Notes under the pieces: model-generated
Databases searched by the model: none
Told to the model about the DNA's origin: nothing
What the model saw: only the letters and a program-made list of their open reading frames with translations
Part shown: piece after piece, positions 16,583-20,115 of the stretch
How positions within the stretch are numbered: the first letter of the stretch is position 1
Layout: the number at the start of each line of letters is the position of its first letter
Source: an uncultured Acidobacteriota bacterium
GTDB taxonomy: Bacteria > Acidobacteriota > Thermoanaerobaculia > Multivoradales > JAHEKO01
Assembly: GCA_963713825.1 (NCBI GenBank)
Contig: CAVQNG010000015.1
Location: 1-20,115, forward strand
Direction: 5' to 3'
Length of the DNA stretch: 20,115 nucleotides
Position numbers and translations under genes: made by a program

Positions 16583-19558
16583 ATGGCTCCCCAGTTCACT
16601 TCTTGGTTGTCTGCTGGACCGCGCTGGCGCTGATGCTGGCGCCGGGCGGTCTGCCTTTGGCTCACGGAGCCGGGACCGGCCGATGGGCTGCTGGCGCAGG
16701 CCCGTGAGCTCTATGTGCAGGAGGGGCCAGCGGAGGCACTGCCCGTCTACGAGCAGGCTCTCGATAAGTCTTTCGCACAGGAGCGAGACCGTCTGGGCGA
16801 AGCGATCACCCTCGGCCTGATCGGCAACTGCCACAAGCGCCTCGGGGACTACGACCGGGCCGGCGAGCTGCTGGAACAGGCGCTCGCCATGAAGCGCCAG
16901 CTCGGCGACCGACTTGAGGAGGGCAAGACCCTGAGTCATCTGGGTCTGCTCGCCTGGGAGCAGGCCGAGTACGACGCGGCGATCCAATATTTCGAGGATG
17001 CGATCGCTCTCGGCGAGGAGCTCGGCGACGCGCAGCTCGAGGGCTCGGCCCTCAATAATCTGAGCCTGGTCTACGACGAGCTGGGCGACTACGAGCGCAG
17101 CCTGGAGCAGTACCGCCAGGCCCTGGAGCTTTATGGCCGCACCGACTTTCCACGCGGCGAGAGCGACACGCTCGGCAACATTGGCGGCGTCTACTACCTG
17201 CTGGGACGCTACCGAGAAGCCATGGGCTACTACGAGCAGGCCCTGGCGCGCGCCATCAGCGAGCGGCTCGAGTCGAAGCCTTCCATGAGCCAGGACCTCG
17301 GCAACCTCGCCCTTTGTCATCTCGGCCTGGGTGAGATCTCGGAAGCCCTGGAGCGATTCGACCAGAGCTTTCCTGCTGGCCCGTGAGGCCGGGCTCGACA
17401 AGGAGACCGCGGACTGGCTCAAGGGCAAGGGCGACGTCTACCACGACATCGGGCGCCACAGCGAGGGCCTGGAGCTCTACCGTCAGGCCCTGGAAGCCTA
17501 CGAAGTCCGCCGGACTCAAGCGGGAGCTGGTCGAAGCCCTCAACGAGCTGGCGACGATTCACCTGCGCCTGGCTGACCTGGCCTCGGCCGAGGCGTACCA
17601 ACGACGATCGCTCGAGCTGGCACGCTCCATCGAATTCACGCGAGGAGCCGTGGCAAGTCTGGTCTCGCTGGGCGAGTTGGAATGGCGCCGCGAGCGCTAC
17701 GAGGAGGCCGCGGCCTTCCTCCGAGAGGCTCTCGCCGAGGCCCTGGAGCTCGAAGATCCGAACCTCGCCTCCTCCTGCAGAACGCAGCTCGTGCTCACCC
17801 TGCGGGATCGGGGGAAGCTGGAGGAGGCGCTCGAGCTCGCCGCTTCGGGGGCCGAGGTCGCTGGGGGGCTCGAATCGAAGTTGCACGCTGCCGGAGCGCT
17901 TGATCGTCTCGGCCGACCCTCCAGCTGCGCAGAAGCGGCGAAGGGACGCCGTCCGTTGGAGATTTCCAAGCAAGGTCGGGTCTGCTCGCAGCCCTCGGTG
18001 ACGTGGATATCGCCGGGCAGCGGGCCTACGGTCCGGAACGCCCTTGGAGGCATGGGGTCGGGACGAGAAGCTGTCGGCGCCTACCACTGCAGGCGCGCGT
18101 CTTACGTCACCGAAACCCCCGCAAGTCGGCCGCGCCAGGAAGCGCTTCCGGTCCGGGTATGTGGAGGACAAGTACGAGACTTACGTGGACCTGTCGCGCC
18201 TGCTACTACGGATGGATCGGCCCGAAGAGGCCTTCTCCTATGCCGAGAAGCTGAGAGCGCGCAGTTACCTCGACCTTCTCTCCAGGGAGCCGATGCCCCG
18301 GCTCACCCAGGAGCAGAAGCGTCGAGAACAGGAGCTTCGCCAGCGCATTCGCGGGTTGCAACGGAGTCTCGGTGAAGAGGCTGAATCCGAATTCGAGCCC
18401 CGACTCCGGGCGATGGAGGCCTTCGCCGCCGAGCTGCAGCAGGCCGAGCGAGAGTACGAGGACTTCGTCTCCGACTTGAGGAGTGTCGACCCGGATCTGG
18501 CGGCCACCTGGTCGTTGTCGGTGCCCGCAGCGGCGGCGATTCGCCAGGCGTTGCCGGCAGAGACAGCCCTGGTGGAGTTCGTGGCTGGCGGGGAGCAGGT
18601 GCTGGTATTCGTGCTCCGCTCCGATCGGCTCGAAACCCTGGTCGCGCCGCTGAGCCGGAAGGACCTCCAAGCCAAGGTCGAGCTGACGCGACAGTTGATC
18701 CAGAGGCGCGGAAGCACCGACTGGAGGTACCCGGCTGCCAGTCTCGCCTCGGCGCTGATCGAGCCCCTCGAAGCCGAGGGGTGGTTAGAGGGGGTCCGCA
18801 GCCTCTACTTGGTACCTCACGACAGTCTGCATTATCTGCCCTTCGCGGTGTTGCCACGGGGCGACGGGGGGCGGCTGCTCGTCCAGGACTACCGGCTCGC
18901 CTACCTGCCCGCGGCGGGAACGCTGGTGCTCGGAAGAGAGGGCGGTCGAGGCGAGAAGGACCTTCTGGCCCTGGCGCCCAAGAGCAGTCGTCTTCGCCAT
19001 ACCGAGACCGAGGTGCGAGCCGTAGCCGAGGCCTTTCCGGAGAGCCACAGGGTGCTGGTCGGAGAGCAGGCCACCGAGCGCTCCTTCAAGATTCTCTCCA
19101 GGGACTTCAGGGTCTTGCATCTGGCCACCCACAGCATCTGGAATCGAATGAATCCGCTGCTCTCCGCGCTGCAACTGGAGGCAGGCGAAGGCGAAGACGG
19201 CCGGCTCGAAGTGAACGAGATCCTGGATCTGTCGCTGGGCGCCGATCTGGTGACCCTGAGTGCCTGCGAGACCGCCCTGGGCAGTGGCTACTTCGGACAG
19301 ACGCCCGTCGGTGACGATTTCGTCGGTCTGACCCGAGCCTTCCTGCATGCGGGGAGCCGCACCGTGCTGGCCAGCCTGTGGGAGGTCGATGACCGCTCGA
19401 CGCTGGAGCTCATGCAGAGCTTCTATCAATACCGGGATTCTCAGGGCCCGGCACGAGCGCTGGCCGAGGTCCAGCGCTCGAGGCTCGAGGGCTCGGCCTC
19501 GGCCTCGGCAGACCCCTACCAGTGGGCCGCTTTCGTCGTCGTGGGGCCGTCGCCATGA
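16583..19558 (+). CDS. Secreted TPR-repeat + CHAT protease; frameshifted
   Basis: ATG 16583 with a hydrophobic leader; TPRs (EGSALNNLSLVYDELGDYERSLEQYRQAL); CHAT motifs LYLVPHDSLHYLPFAVL, HLATHS, VTLSACETALG, GLTRAFLHAG, ASLWEVDD and PYQWAAFVVVG. Confidence 0.88.
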
Positions 19559-19656
19559 GAGCAGAAATGAAGATCCGGTGGCGCGTGTCCGTGCAAGGTA
19601 CTCAGGAAGTCGAAATTCCATCCAGAGAGGAACGCTGATCCGAAGGAGGTCACGAC

Positions 19657-20115
19657 ATGACACGGAGAGACTCGACACTCTACTTGTTCCCTAAGGCTCT
19701 ACTTCTTCTGATCGGCGTGCTCCTGCTGAGCTCGCCGACTTTCGCTCAGGACCCGATACCGACTTCGGCCGATCCTTCCTCGGCCGAGCAGGAGACTCTC
19801 GATCTCGAAGTCACCGTCACAGGTGACAACTTCGGTAAGGACTCGGAGGTCAAGTTCCTGGTGACAGGCACCACGGAGGAAGGAGGCATCAGGGTCAAGA
19901 ACGTCAAGTCGCTGGGTCCCCAGAAACTGAAGGTCACAGTCGATGTCGATGCCGACGCCGTGGTCGATGACTTCGACATCGAGGTCATGAGCCGCGGCCG
20001 CACCGGTAAGGGAACGGAGCTCTTCCGCGTGCTGGAGAAGGAGCATCCGAACGAGGACACGACCCCGCCCGGAGCCGTGACCGTCGAGTATCTCGGAACG
20101 GAATACAACGAGGTC
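19657..20115 (+). CDS. Secreted protein with Ig/IPT-like N-terminal domain; partial, runs off the window
   Basis: Not in the ORF track because it has no stop. RBS AAGGAGGT at 19643-19650, ATG 19657, open to the end: MTRRDSTLYLFPKALLLLIGVLLLSSPTFAQDPIPTSADP...VTVTGDNFG...DFDIEV...DTTPPGAV. Confidence 0.8.
   Translation, partial: MTRRDSTLYLFPKALLLLIGVLLLSSPTFAQDPIPTSADPSSAEQETLDLEVTVTGDNFGKDSEVKFLVTGTTEEGGIRVKNVKSLGPQKLKVTVDVDADAVVDDFDIEVMSRGRTGKGTELFRVLEKEHPNEDTTPPGAVTVEYLGTEYNEV

Noticed and set aside
1-19558. Frameshifts as true pseudogenisation or programmed frameshifting
   Set aside because: Indels are scattered across many flanking genes while catalytic motifs remain intact, which fits long-read consensus error better. 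It cannot be settled without reads, so these are called CDS.
16079-19678. Long antisense ORFs (16079..17428, 17419..18171, 18785..19678)
   Set aside because: Shadow ORFs opposite the TPR-CHAT gene in GC-rich DNA, with no recognisable motifs.

Overview
GC-rich bacterial window, probably an Acidobacteriota/Thermoanaerobaculia-type genome (inferred from protein content only). Many indels in the flanking genes suggest an unpolished long-read assembly. The centre (6046-14555) is a same-strand array of six unrelated secreted adhesin/lectin/propeller-like genes. Five follow a c-di-GMP-I (GEMM) riboswitch and the first follows only a truncated 5' half of one. Five of the six leaders share a candidate ECF-type promoter, YGTCAC-N15-GCWACK. 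Four array proteins, plus an S8 peptidase at the left edge, end in the same short tail (F/L)xDGFESGDTxxWS. A ~230-bp unit covering the tail-coding DNA, the promoter and the riboswitch recurs between genes. The array is flanked by two ECF sigma / zinc-finger anti-sigma / secreted TPR-CHAT protease triads pointing outward. The right triad has its own c-di-GMP riboswitch.
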